Part shown: positions 25,201-38,329 of the stretch, piece after piece | How the letters are laid out: the number at the start of each line of letters is the position of its first letter | Numbering within the stretch: position 1 is the stretch's first letter | Assembly: GCA_010909165.1 (NCBI GenBank) | Contig: MU008172.1 | Span: 1,054,001-1,118,000, forward strand | Source of the DNA: Anthoceros angustus | Lineage: Eukaryota; Plantae; Anthocerotophyta | Direction: 5' to 3' | Length of the DNA stretch: 64,000 nucleotides | The notes under the pieces: generated by a model | What the model was told of the DNA's origin: nothing | Databases searched by the model: none | The model's input: only the letters and a program-made list of their open reading frames with translations | Translations under genes and position numbers: made by a program

Positions 25201-26774
25201 TCCTCGCGCCCTTCGCCTCCCATCGCTTCCGCTTGCCACTCCGCGGGAAGAGGTACTGCACCGACTGCTGGTAGCCGTGGTCTTGCGCTTCGGCCTCTCG
25301 GTCCGCGGGCTCACCGAGTGATGGCCGTGGCGGGCCTGGCCGGGCCGCTCTGGCCGGGCTGCTCGGGTTGGGGCACTGAAGGAGGGAGGCGGGAATTGCT
25401 TCCCATACTTCGGGTGGTGGTGAGGGGTCCGCTCCACGATGGAGTCCAATCCCTCCGCCTCCTCCCGAGTCCGCTTGGTTTTGTCGACCGCCTCCTCCTC
25501 CGGCGCCTTGCCCGCCCACTTCCGGCAGGGCCTCCAGCCCTTTCCGAGCCAAGCTCTCCTTCCGAGGAGTTCAAATGCCCCCATACATGGATCGTATGGG
25601 GATCATGGCGGGCTTCGCCCCGAGCTATGAGCCTCTAAACCGGGCGAAGATAATCCTTCCTCACCCGCCTTCTTCCCGCGCGCGTGCAGAACACTAATAG
25701 ATTATCACCAAGGTGATCCACCTTGGTGAGTAGGTTCCAAGGATATGATCCGGCCACCGCCACTCGACCGGCCCAATGTGGATATCGCCCAACCGCTGGT
25801 GGTCCGCTGCGCCCCTGTGCCTTAGCATCACTGGCTGGACCTATCTTCCCTTCGCCTTGAGGGGCCCGCACCACTCCCCTCTTCCTCCTTGGGCGGTTGT
25901 AGGTCAGACCTCCAAGGTCCATCGCCTTGGTCCTCCGGAGGTTCTTGGACCGCACCTCCTTGTGACCGCCAAGATCTTCCGCAAACTCCCGGACCAGTGA
26001 CATCAAATGTCCGCACCATTTGAACACATCCAAATGCCACTCCCGCACCAATTCCCCCGCTCTCGGAGCCAGAGCCCAAAGTCCGGATAGCGCCGGTCAC
26101 AATGTTGCGCTCCAAGGTTCCATGGCTCCCAAACTTCCGCTGGCTTTTGGGTGCCATCGCCTTCTTCTCCTTGCCGCTTGTCAAGATCGCCGCACGCTGA
26201 GCCCCGCCGCCCCGACCTCAACGGTGAGCCGCCAAGACGCCCGAGTGTCCCACGAGATACCGCCAGAGCCGGATCATGAGCGCAAGAGATCGCGAATTGT
26301 CTCGAGGCCGCGCAAATGAATGACCTTCTTCCGCGACCACGCCGGAGTAACTCCGGGCGAGGGCGCCTTTCCGTCTGTGAATCCGAGGTCCATGGCTTAC
26401 TTCTCGCGCCACGCTGCACTGCCCACTCCGCCGCCAGCCCGCGGGCGTGAATACGCTATAACGGCCTCGCAAGGTTACGGCCCGACCACGTGCATGCCCG
26501 TCCTCCACTGTGGTCGCCCACGTGGCGCCGCCCTCCCCACGCTCAACTTCTAAGTTACCTGGCGATTTATCCCGCCTGGTCCCGGAGTGGGTCCGGACTT
26601 ACCCCGCCCGCCATCGAGGGTCTAAGTACGCTCCTCACTCCGAGTCCGAGTATACTCCGAGTGCCGTCCGAGTGCTAACTGCTTATTTCCTCCTTTTCGC
26701 CTCATTTTATCCTTCGCCTCCACAAAAACAAAACCTACCTAATTTCTAACCCCTGTGGAAGTCCGTAGTCCACA
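22281..26774 (-). repeat. 3' LTR of element 1
   Basis: Direct repeat of 32062-36444. On minus it starts TGTGGACTACGGAC immediately after the PPT. Left boundary is approximate. Confidence 0.9.
23450..26157 (-). pseudogene. LTR-encoded ORF, 3' LTR copy of element 1
   Basis: MAPK..EVWEPWNL..RNIVT, WHLDVFKWCGHLMSLVREFAEDL, WNLLTKVDHLGDNLLVF, then charged or coiled-coil-like segments and IDKSIPTAYYHELLKALEVLR. Frameshifted; end approximate. Confidence 0.7.
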
Positions 26775-26787
26775 TACTCCCTTCTCA
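26775..26787 (-). other. Polypurine tract of element 1 (TGAGAAGGGAGTA)
   Basis: Abuts the 3' LTR and is identical to the PPT of element 2. Confidence 0.9.
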
Positions 26788-26809
26788 CTGCTGCCTCCGC
26801 CAACACTAA

Positions 26810-29800
26810 GCGTGGTACTTTTTCACCCGCCACCCGCTCACCCGAGTGGGCGTCACCATCCAACCGCGGCGAACGGACCCATTGGGGTATACGTACTTGG
26901 TAAGGCCCCATCCATCGAGGTGGAGTTTACAGGAAGTGCATATATGTCCGTCGAAAGGAGGCCGATCTCCTCCTTCACATACTCCCGATTCCTAAGGCGC
27001 CTATCATGCCACTTATGCGTTGATTCTGCATCAGCGATTGCACGGCGCCTCTTCCCTCCGACAGACAAACCCTAGCAACGCTCCAGCTTGGCTCTCTTCA
27101 TCCGTTAAGCGCCTTTCCATCATGACCCGGAGTGTTGGCACCTCAAACTCGACCGGCATAACGGTGAGTGCCCATAGGTCGAATACGGAGTTCGGTTACC
27201 TTTTCTCGCCGCATAGCCGATGGCGCTTTGTATCCCATGCGCATAGTTAACCGTCACCTTATTGAGGATGCGCAGATAAGTCCATTGGTCTTCTCCCTCC
27301 TTTTGGATTGTAGGGGCCGTTTACGATGTGTGATGCGAAATAGTCCGTCATTGCGTTATCACATCATTGAGGAAATGGGTTCCCCTATCGCCACCAAATA
27401 CGACACCCATACCTTGTGATGATGTTTTCAGAGGAATTTGGCCACCGTGCTCGCAGAGTCCGTGTAGCGACCGCTTCAACCCACCGTGTGAGTCCGCCAC
27501 CAAGATGTACCGCTGTGTGCCTCGCTGGTCGATAGGTCCAACGTCGATGCCCCATTTCTCAAAAGGCGCTAGTGCTAGTATGGGCACTAACGGCCATTGA
27601 GTTGTGGCCGGCTTCCCGATCCGCCGACAAGCATCACACTTCTTCACAAGGTGTGTTTCCCCATACATGGTACAGCCTCCAAGATTTTCTTGGTGGTGAC
27701 TGTGCATAATGTCCACCACCTAGTCCTTCGTGCATCCCCTTTATTACCACCTGCTCCACTGTTGGAGGTACCTTCTGCTCCAGTCGCCCCCTACCTTAAA
27801 GATGCAACATAAGGGCGAGCGAGTGCACAAAGGCTGCCACTGACCCGTTCGCCTGGGTAGCTCCATCTCCCATAGGTACTGCCAACTCAGAGGGCCGCCC
27901 CGCCTCCCTCCCTTCTCCGCTGGGTCCGCCACCGCTTTGGGTTTGTCCGGCGTGCTCTCTACCTCCTCCTCTATCCGCCACCAATTCCTCATCCGGAAGG
28001 CGTCCTCTGATCCTGCAGACAGGCTCCGCTTTAACTGGACAAGAAGTCTGTTGCCCTTGCCTAGTCTCCACCTCAAATGTGAACTCCTCAGAGCAACATG
28101 TAATCCACCTCGCAATTCGTCCGGACAAGTCCGCCTTGTTCACCAAATGCTTGAGCCAAGTGATCAACATAGAACACAAACTCATTAAGGTAGTGTCTGA
28201 ATTTCTTAACGGCAGATACCATACCCAATGCCTCCGTAGTAGTGTACCTCCGCCTGCGTGAGCCTGTCTCCAGCGTAGTAGATTGGGTGATCCCTCCGCT
28301 TATCATCTTTTGATCGAGCACTACTCGGCACATGGCGACACATCCACGCACATGGAATCGCTTCCCCCTGAGTCCGGGCACTGGCCTGTGAGGTCTGGTC
28401 TCGAATGCCGCCTTTCTCGCCCGTGTCCATTCCTCCTCCTTCCCGAGTAGCTCGCTAGCTTGAGGCCCGCTTTGCAAAATCTTGTATGAAACGCCTATAG
28501 TAACCACCATGCCTGAATCGTAACTCCTTCAAGTTCGGCCGCAGGGACCGGATGACTTTCACCTTGTCTTGGTCCACCTCTATCTTACCGACTCGGTGCC
28601 CCAACAAGATTCCTCCATGCGTCAAGTAGCATTTCTCGGATGCAGCTGAGTCTCCTACATCGCTCCAAACACTTCCGCAAATGTCCCACGTGTTTGTCCT
28701 CCTCTCCGCACATGAAGTCATCCAAGAACACCTCCATGAAGTCCCTGGAATTTTAAGACATTGGTCACCATCCGCATAAATGATCCGGTGCTCTGCTCAT
28801 CCCAAGGCACCCGCTTTGTAGGCAAACGCGTCCCCACTCCGTGGTGAATGTTGTCTTATTACCCGACTCCCTTAGGTGTAATGGTTGTGAGTAGCCGTCA
28901 AGAAGGAGTAGGTACTCCGCCACCTTGTCCAAGATGTCGTCCACAAAGGGCATGGGAAATGGTCCTTTTGGCGGCGTTGCTTTCTCCCCCCTGAGACCAA
29001 TCGCCTGCTGCTTCTTGACGACCACAATGGGCGCCACCCACTCACCGCTTACGATTGGGAAGATGATGTCCGCCTGGATACTTATCCAGACTTCCTTGAC
29101 CTTGAGCGAGTGCTTGGGATTCGCGCTAATCCGAACAGCACCGCCTCCCGGCTTCAGATCTATCCGTGTTACCTAATCGCTTTGAATGCCTTTCATATCC
29201 GTGACCTTGAAAGCAAACACCTACTGAATTCCCCAACAATGTGAGGTCTCGTTTAACCCCTCCGGCATGCCCTTGCGAATTTGAGGAATTTCCGGGCGAA
29301 CCTCCACGCCTTCCACATCGTCCGGGTTGACTGCCTCTTCTTTGCCGCTCACGTCGGCCGCTCCTCCATCCGGGTTCATCTTCACGCATTCCCCACTCCC
29401 GAAAGAGCTCGTCCAAGTGAAACGGTTACTTCTTCTACTCCCGTCCTCCGGACCCTCCTCTTGATTGCCTTCCGCTCTTGTCCGCCGCGAGTCCACCCTA
29501 AAATCGATGACCTCCTCGTCACCTCCGCCCAAAGGCGTCTCCGTAATCCATCTCCTCCTCTCGACCACGTGATTTTGGGAAAGGGTAGTCCTCATTCGTA
29601 TCCTCGCTCATCGCCCCACTGCCTTCGGAGGTGTACCCTCTGCCGACGGTTTCCACGACGTGTCCTTACTCCGTAATCGCTACCCGTCCTTCCCTCACCT
29701 TCGGATCCCCCATCGGCTTGAAGTGTATCTCTTCCGTCCAAGTGTAGTTTTGTCTCGAGCGAGGCCCAGCCCAAGGCCCTAACAGACCTCATACCCTGTG

Positions 29801-31838
29801 GTCCGTGGTCCGGCGACGACAAAATCTAATGTATAGGGGCTCCGCTATGGTGGCTTGGACTCGGACAACTCCTACTGGCGCGACATGTCCGCCATCCCGA
29901 GGGTTTTGGTGGATGGCTCAAGGTGAACCCCACTGCCTTGCGTGGCCTCGGTGATGAGGTTCACTCCCGACCCGTATCTAGAGGCACGCTTTTAATTACA
30001 CACCCCGCACCCCACCGCACCACGGCGCCTGTGGTCCGTATGAGATACGACCTTACCTTGCCTTCCCACCAAGGAGTTCCTGGTGCGTTCTCGATTTCCT
30101 GACTTCGCCGATACCGGGTTGTCCTTTAACAAGCCTAAGGGACACCAAGTGTTGTTGGTCCATCATCAAGTCGGCCACCTTGAAAGGGCCGGGTGGTTCT
30201 CCGCCACCACGCTCGCCTTGTCTCCTCCGGCGTTGCTGTGGTGGCGGACTACTGGGTCCCGTCGAGTTCTTCTTGAAGCATCTCGGTCACTTCCGAACCA
30301 CAGTGGAAATCGCGGCTGCTGAGAGTCCGCCTCCCGAGACTCCGGTTTTTGGGTTTCTTCCGCAGTGGCTGCCCGTTTAACTCGCCTCTTTGGCGGGTTC
30401 GGCTTCCTTCAGGTGTTCCGTCCTCCGTATCCGTGGGACTATCCTCATTTTTCTTCCTCTTACTGCCTCTCCTTCCGCCTCCTCCTTTCTACGACCGGTT
30501 GACACTTCCAGACCTCCAGTCCTTCTTCTCCTTAGCGACTTGCTCGTACCACCTCGCTTCGTGCCCCTCCTCCCACTCCGCCAGGCCTTCAAAGCACAGG
30601 CCGCCTTAGGAGGGGGGCGTGGTCTTGGCTCCCAGAGTTGCGTAGCGCACGCCCTCGAGCGAGGATTCGGACTTGGTACTGCATGTGCCCACCGCTACAA
30701 TCTCCACCCGCTCAAAGTCTCCGTACCTTGCGGTGGGGTAGGGACAGGCTTGGAGTAGTGTCCGGGTTCCCATGCACCACCGCCGCCGAGAATTCTCGGA
30801 GGGGCTCCCATGCGGTGCTTGCATCGAGGTCGATGCACGACGGACCAGCCGTGGGTACATCGTCTGGATACCGTGGTCCGGGTGCTTCTTGCACTTGGTA
30901 GGCCTCCCACCGCTTCCTCGGACTCTTCCCGTAGTCATACTCCACCTGGTTCACGGGTCTCGAGGGGCTTGGCCTTCGAATGCCCATGTTGGTGACACAC
31001 CGCACACCACAGATGAGTACGGACTGTGGTGGCCGCCTTACGCCGTTCTTTATCCTTCACCTGGTTGATCGTCAACTCCTCCACCCTCTTCATTACCCGT
31101 TCTAGATCTTCCCTCAGCCCCGCTACTTCCTTCAAAGGAGCTGGGTCGGGCGGGACCTCTCGTACCGGTGCGGGCATCATGACCTCCTTCTTTTCCACCC
31201 TCCCTGACTACGGGCTTCTTCTTCTTTATTTTTCGGCGGGGTTCTTCTTCTTCCATGACCTCCTGATTCTTCCTGAGTCCTCTTCCTCCTCCTCCGACGC
31301 CGGCCTCATCCTCCTCGTCCGAGGGTTCTTCATCTTGAGTCCACCGCTTCTTCTTTTTCTTCTTTCCTCCGGAGGAGTCCTCCGCCGTTGGTGCATCGAT
31401 TCTTCATAGTTCTCCGCCCCGACCGCCTTGCTCACATCTTTCGCCAACAAGAAGACGCTTTAGCCATGGCTTGGATAAGCCAGCGAACCAACGATCACTG
31501 TGCATGTGTGTGTGGGTGCCGATCCCGAGCGTAGAACTGCTCACACGATCCCAACTTCTCCGCCTTTCCTCGCTGTTCTCGAGTTTGGACAAGACATAGC
31601 CTTCTTGATCGATTCTGAATCTTTCTAAGAAGGCATCCTTCAATGCTCAAGGTTGGGTGTGCTCGAGGGGCTCGGTACTCCGATACCACCGAGCACTGTA
31701 CTCGTAGACCCTTGGAACAATTGGGCATCCGAACCTTCTCCGTTGAAGTTTGCCCGAGACACAAAATCCTCCACGGTTTCGGCTCTCCTTCTTACCTCCA
31801 AAGAGAGAATACGCTTGCTTGGTCGACGTTGTCGCCAT
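26810..31838 (-). pseudogene. gag-pol: gag-pol polyprotein of element 1 (frameshifted)
   Basis: Gag LKDAFLERF; knuckle CAVCHQHGHS; RT APIVVVKK, FPMPFVDDILDKVA, LDGYS, KTTFTTEWG; RNase H YTTTEALGMV..VKKFRHYL; integrase CDACRRIG, APFEKWGID, DRGTHFLN, MGPF. Confidence 0.95.
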
Positions 31839-32047
31839 CGCTGCGGTGGGATGAGGAACCGCCCCTTACCACCGCCGACTTGGTGCGGCCCTCCTCTCGA
31901 TCCGACAACCCACCACACTTACGCTGGTGTCCTCCCGAGCTCCGCTCTCACGCTCACGGAGCGCGCAACAACGTCCGACTCTCAAGAAACTCTTCCTTAA
32001 CTACCTCACGCCCTCCACGCATCCACGCTACGGAACGATTTCATTCC

Positions 32048-32058
32048 CAACGGCGCCA
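32048..32058 (-). other. Primer binding site of element 1 (TGGCGCCGTTG, tRNA-Asp type)
   Basis: Lies 3 nt after the 5' LTR end (...GCCACA-TTT). Matches the first 11 nt of the Athila-type Asp PBS TGGCGCCGTTGCCGGGGA. Confidence 0.85.
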
Positions 32059-32605
32059 AAATGTGGCGCGACTTCACGATGGCGCCGGGCGCGACAATCC
32101 CGTGTCGTTGTAGGAAGAAGTCCGTCCCAAGGGAATGATAGTTACGCGCTTGTGATTCTACCGCCGCCTGCTCGCCTCAACACACATACTCCTAACTACT
32201 CACAACGTTTCACCGACAGCCCGGTATGGCCAAACGCTTAAGGACCTGTTCGTCCGTATCGCTCACATCCGCCACTCACATCCCCTTCCTCTCTCCTCAC
32301 GCTACACTCCTCTTTAGAAAGACGCGGTTACATCCTCTCCTCCTCCGCTGCCGGGCCTCTCCGTCCGGCTCAGACGCCTCCCGAGTTCCTCCGGCTCACA
32401 CGTTCGCCCGCTCGGCCGGGCTGCCCGGACGAGCACGGGTCACCACCCTTCCCCGCACACACCACAACACGTTAGGTCCCACACGGGACCGATCAATCTC
32501 CCGAGCCGCCGTGCTCGTGACTCAGACTCACGTTAGCAAGAAGACACACAAAGGTCCGCAAGAACGCATCAACACCAAGAGAAAGATGATTTATCTGAGC
32601 CTTAG

Positions 32606-32615
32606 CCCTCTTATA
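32606..32615 (-). promoter_or_regulatory. Candidate LTR TATA box (TATAAGAGGG)
   Basis: About 550 bp before the LTR 3' end. Also at 22851-22860; the element 2 equivalent is GATAAGAGGG. Confidence 0.4.
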
Positions 32616-33199
32616 CTACCAAGGTCGGCGCCTTTATTACACCTCTATTCGAAATGAGGGCCACCAGGTACCCTAACCACCGCCTACTACCCCTATTCCA
32701 CCCTACCCGGTGGTGGGCTGGATGGCCTCATTCCTTCTTGGCACCGGCGCCCAAAGCCGAGCTCCGCGGGCGCACCCAATCGGATGATCCGCGAGGCGGA
32801 CCCTTCCTCTTCCCGAGGGTCCAGTCGCGCCACCGGCGGCCTCGACAACGGGTCACCACCAAGTCCTCCTCGCCTCCCTCTTCTCTCTCCGGGGGCCTCG
32901 CGCAAGGGGCCTCCAAGGGTTGGATCTCAGGATGGCTCTCCCCACTCCCGAGTTTGGACCTCGGACTGCCTCGACCGAGTCCGGACCTCTAGGTCCGGCC
33001 TTCCTCCGGGTCCGGCCCCCGCCTCCTCCTCCGAGTCCGGCCCTGGGACCGGATCCTCCGGGTCCGGCCTGACCCAACCCTTCGGGTCCGGACCTCGTGG
33101 TCCGGATCTACTAGAGTCCTGGATCCCTAAGTCCAGATTGGGGCCGGACTGATCCGCCTGAGTCCGGACAAAGTCCGACCTCGTGCCTCGGCATGCCTC

Positions 33200-35794
33200 C
33201 TCACCGGCTGGTACGGGTTCATCCACCGAGCCTCCTTGGTTCCCGAATGCCCGCTGCACCCTTTCCCTTCAAGATCCTCCCTCGTCCTTCCATGCGAGGG
33301 TGCCGAGGGCTTACCTCCTGCAGGCGCCTTCCTCCTCCCTCGTCCTCCTCGCCTCCTCCGCCACACAAACAGGCCCTAGGACTCCGCGTTGTGCCCGGTC
33401 CGCCTCCTCTCGCCTCCTTCCATCCTTCCGAAGTCCACCTCCCGCCTAGGGTGGCGCAGACCTCCAGAGCCTTGAGGAGCTCAGGCGGTCGGAATCGACT
33501 TGCCAATCGCCTCCACATGAGCCCGAGCACCCGACTTCTCCTCCAAAGGTGCTCCAGAATCGAGCAGATCGCACCGCCTGCCTCCGTGGCCAAGCTCACC
33601 ACCAGGCGGGCGGACTCCCTTGAGGCCGCCAAGGCCCTCACATTTGCAACCTTCGCCGCCGACGCTCTCCTCCTCCTCCGTTGTTGCTTCAGCCTCCATT
33701 ATGGAGCCGAGCTCCCTTCCGCTCGCAACCGGACGAGCAACTTTTCCTCCAAAGGCTTCCTCCCTTCTTCTATTCTTTCCCGAGGTCCTCCACTTCCTTC
33801 TCCAGCGGGCCGGTATCCCCGTCCGACTCGGCTTCCGCCACGCCCCGCCGCAACCTCGACGCCGAACTCCTTGCACCGCCATTCTCCTCCGTTTCAAGCG
33901 GAGCTGAGGCGTTCCACCTCTCGTCAAGTCTTGGATTCTCTGAGAACCCCGCCCGATGCATCTTGGAGTTGCAACCCAAGGTGTCCTTGTTGTCCTCCAG
34001 CCCGCCACGCCTTCTACCTCCTGCACTGCACTCGAGGTCCCCAATCTCCCGGTCCGGCCTCCGCCTCCTCACGGCCGACTGCTTGCTCCGCGCCACTTGC
34101 TCGGCCTTCGATTGCGGCCTCTGGCCGCCTCTCCACCGGCCCGATCACGCCGATAGTGATCGCGATCGGCCTCGCCGTGGCCTCCGCCTCCTTGGCCACC
34201 TTCACCGAGCCTCCAGCCTTGGCTGGGTCCGGCCTCCGCCTCCTCCTCGCCTCCTCGCCTCCTCCACTTCCTTCTCGCCTCCTCGCCTCCTCCGCCCGCA
34301 GAGGTCCTCCGCCCGCTTGGGCCTCCTCGCTTCACTGCTCCTCCACTGAAGGAATTTGGTCCGTCCTGCGGATGGACCAGACCTCCTCCTCCGCCTCCGG
34401 CTTCCTCAATCCCGCCGAGAGCTTGGCCTTCCTTCTCGCCTGGCTCCTCCAACCGCCTCGGAGGAGCACCATGCGCCCGGTGGCTTCCACCTCCGGGCCT
34501 TCTCGGCCATCCCGCATGCATTCTGCAGCATACCGTCCATGACGGTAGCTGTGACCCGTGTTTCCTCCACGGCCGCCGTGAGGCTCCCACAAAGTCCGAG
34601 GGAGCGATCTCACGGTCCGAAGGACCTCCATACCGCCGGAGTAAGTCCGACTGGGTTCTCCGGACCTAATCAGGGACCCTTAGGTCCCGAGGCCGAGCTC
34701 CGAGCTTCCCCTCCTTGGCCCTTTTGGCATGCGAGCTCCTTCTCCGCCTTTTTCCCGGGCTCGGCGGAGGTGATGGAGTCCGGAGCACGCCTTTTGCCCC
34801 TTCCGCCGGGCGATGGACCAGACCTCCAAGGTCCATCGCCTTGGGTCCTCCGCCTCCACCTCCGGGCCTTCTCGCCTCCCATCGCTTCCTCCGCTTGCCA
34901 CCCGGGAAGAGGTACTGCACCGACTGGGTGCCGCAGCCGTGGTCTTGCGCTTCGGCTCTCCGTCCGCGGGCCTCACCGAGTGATGGCCGTGGCGGGCCGC
35001 TGGGCCGGCCGCTCGCCGGATTGGCTGCTCGTTGGGGCACCGAGAGGGAGGCGGAATTGCTTCCCATACTGGGTGGTGAGGGGTCCGCCCACGTATGGAG
35101 TCCGGAATCCTCCTCCGCCTCCTCCCGAGTCCGCTTGGTTTTCGACGACTGCCTCCTCCGCCTTGCCCGCCTCCACTTCCGGAGGGCCTCCTTCCGAGCG
35201 CTCGCTCAAGCCTCCCGAGGAGTTCAAATGCCCCATACATGGACTGCATGGGGATGCTGATGATGGGCTTCGCCCGAGCTTGAGCCTCGCTAAACCGGCG
35301 AAGATAATCCTTCCCAGTCCGCCCTCTTCCCGCGTGCGGGAACACTAATAGATTATCACCAAGGTGATCCACCTTGGTGAGTAGGTTCCGTGACGATGAT
35401 CCGCCACCGCTCGACCGCCCAATGTGTCGGATATCGCCCAACCGCTGGTGGTCCGCTGGCCCTGTGCCTTAGCACTGTCGGACCTATCTTCCCTTCGCCT
35501 TGAGGGGCCCGCACCACTCCCCTCTTCCTCCTTGGGCGGTTAGGCCTCAGACCTCAAGGTCCATCGCCTTGGGTCCTCCCGAGGTTCTTGACCGCACCTC
35601 CTTGTTGACCGCCAAAGATCTTCCGCAAACTCCGACCGTAGTGACATCAAATGTCCGACCATTTGGAACACTCCAAATGCCACTCCCGCACCACCCCGCT
35701 CGGAGCCAGGCCCAAAGTCCGGATAGCGCCGGTCACAATGTTGCGCTCCACAAGGTTCCATGGCTCCCAAACTTCCGGGCTTTTTGGGTGCCAT
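33200..35794 (-). pseudogene. LTR-encoded ORF, 5' LTR copy of element 1
   Basis: MAPK..PEVWEPWNLVERNIVT, EDPRRWTL, NLLTKVDHLGDNLLVF. Frameshifted; end approximate. Confidence 0.7.
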
Positions 35795-38329
35795 CGCCTT
35801 CTTCTCCCTTGGTTGCCGCCGCTTGTCAAGACCGCCGCACGTTGAGCTTCTCGCGCTTCGCCTCCGACCTCAACGGTGAGCCGCGCGCGAAGACGTCTGA
35901 GTGTCCCACGAGATACCGCCAGAGAGCCGGACTGCGGAGCGCAAGGGATCGCGAGAATTGTCTCGAGGCTGCGCAGCAAAATGACCTTCTTCCGCGACCA
36001 CGCCGGAGTAATCACGGGCGCCCCGTCAGAATCGCCGAGGTCTCGCATGGCTTACTCGCGCTGCCGCCACAGACTGCCTTACTCCGCCTGCAGCCCCACG
36101 GGCGTGAATACCGCTATAACGGCCTCGCAAGGTTACGGCCCGACCACGCATGCCCGCCTCCACTGTGGTCGCCCACGTGGCGCCGCCACCCCCACGCTCC
36201 AACTTCTAAGTTACCTTCTCGGCGCATTTATCCCGCCTCGGTCCCGGAGTGGGTCCGGACTTACCCGTCCGCCCGCCATCGAGGTCTGGCACGCCTCACT
36301 CCGGAGTCAGGAGTATACTCCGGAGTGCCGTCCGGAGTGCTAACCGGGCTTATTTCCTCCTTTTTCGCCTCATTTTATCCTTCGCCTCCCACACAAAACA
36401 AAATCCTACCTAATTTCTAACCCCTGGGAAGTCCGTAGTCCACATGCCGCTCCCAAGGAAATGTAGAGCATGTGGAGTTCTATGTGCTACGGTATCGACG
36501 CCACACAGCTAGCCAAGCCGTCTTGACAAAGCATGGCAAAGCGGCAAGGTGTTTCCTATTGGCGAGGGTGATCATGGCTTATTATTACGAGGGAGCCAAA
36601 TTCGAGGGGGTGTACCAGGCTCCTTAACTCGTGTCCGTGGTCACCCCACCGCAATAGAGGAGGACATGGTTTTGGCAACAAACTTGATGATCGCCATCCC
36701 AAGGCTACCCATAAGACATCCGTGTATTGAGCCCCACAATCGCCAAATATCCGGACTGGTGGCTAAGAGGGAGCATGAAGGAGGGACTTGACGGTCAAGT
36801 GATTGTCTTGGCTGGTATGGTCGGCACGTCGGTGGTTTTGAGTTTCTAGGCACCCATGCCTAAATGTAGGGTTGTTAAGGAGGCCCGTTTTTCTTTTTGG
36901 TTGATCCACATACAATGGTCAGATAAACTTGCCGACATGAGGCAACAAGATTTACCTGCACTTGACATTAACGAAACATGCCTTCAACCCGTCTTGCATT
37001 AGCACATGCCACACAACATCCTTTCCAACTCGTTCACAGGGAGGGATCAAGTTACGAGGCTTGGGTAACAACTACATCCAAGCACGCCGCCTAAAAGGGC
37101 TTCGGCAACAACATGCACGCGCATGTCCGCTATCCAAAGAATGTGGAAGACGGCCCCAATCACAAGACCGTAGACAAAGATGCTTCCATTATGAGTCAAA
37201 ACCTGCCATCAAGAGTCGCCACTTTCCACCGCCATCCTTGATTCATTGTCTATACACCGCCCATGTCACAATCATCCTCAACAACACGACATCCCTTCCT
37301 GCGCAATTGCCGAGCGACTTGAGGTCTTCCGGCATATGGCGATCCACGCCCCTCTTCGCAAGCCCGATGCCGCGCCACCGCCTCACGGCCGATCTTGGAA
37401 CTTCGCATTGCGGCCAAAACCTTCCATCAAGCTCCTTGCCTCGGCTGCCCATGGCTTCTCCCGCATCAAGGGCGGAACCGAGGAGCTGCGTGTGGGTTCG
37501 ACAAATCACAGACCCAAGTTAGAGCACATGGCCCATTGTAGCTGTATGAAGATGCAGCGACTTCCCGCTTGTGGTCACACGCCATTTAAAGCCCACTATG
37601 TGCCACCAAGGACAAGGCCTGTGGACACCACGCCGTGGGGGTCAATTGGCGAAAGTGGGCTTCAACGTGGCGGATAATCATGTGTCCCGGAGACCAGAAC
37701 TCAACTTTTAATGCAAATGCCCTTGTAAGCAAATTCCACGGAATAAGTGTTTTGCATGAATGCAATCGGCATAGTGCATCCCGCTTGGACCTTCAGGACC
37801 CCTAAAGAAGCCATGTATCAACGTGTTAACATGGACAAGACCCATTTGCAAAATAACGGTGCACTGGCGCCACCGTTAGTGACAACTGTTAGTGAGCAAA
37901 TAGTTAGTGACCACGCTTGGTGGTCGCGTGGTTATGTTTGCCAAACGTGGCCTCGTCAATAGGGAGACCAATCATTACGCACATGTGCTTTCTAGCACAA
38001 GGCTCGAGTTGCTTTCTCTTACCAAGGTGGTCACTCCGAGAGCTTCCCCTCTAAAGAATAGCACTCCACACCTTCACTATCGTACACCCGCAATTCAATC
38101 TTGCAACTTAGGACACCGGCATGAAGGGTGCACTCCTCATTCTCTTCACCAGTGTACAGACGCCGTCGTGTGGAGTGTGTACCGCCAGAGACAACCACTT
38201 CTCCCACTCGGAATGTTGAGTTGCTCCAAGGGCACCACTTGTTACAGAGGGTTTGCTTCAACTGTGCAACGCAAGGTAAAACAATTGCCCCTCGCCTTGA
38301 TGTCGTACAACAAACGTATCACCAACTTC

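Larger units (their letters stand above)
22281..36444 (-). mobile_element. Full-length Ty3/Gypsy LTR retrotransposon 1 (non-chromoviral, Athila-type PBS)
   Basis: Two direct ~4.4-kb LTRs, a PBS, a PPT and gag-PR-RT-RH-INT order. The left terminus is noisy and no TSD was confirmed. Confidence 0.93.
32062..36444 (-). repeat. 5' LTR of element 1 (4383 bp, TG...CA)
   Basis: Termini TGTGGACT...CGCCACA on minus, followed by the PBS. Confidence 0.92.

Noticed and set aside
26810-31838. Programmed frameshifting or true pseudogenisation of gag-pol
   Set aside because: Indels are pervasive and differ even between near-identical repeats, so real lesions cannot be told from sequencing error.
33193-35348. 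Long plus-strand Pro/Ser/Arg-rich ORFs (449 aa, 330 aa; likewise 24243-25274)
   Set aside because: Shadow frames antisense to the GC-rich LTR ORF; not preserved as the same frame between LTR copies.
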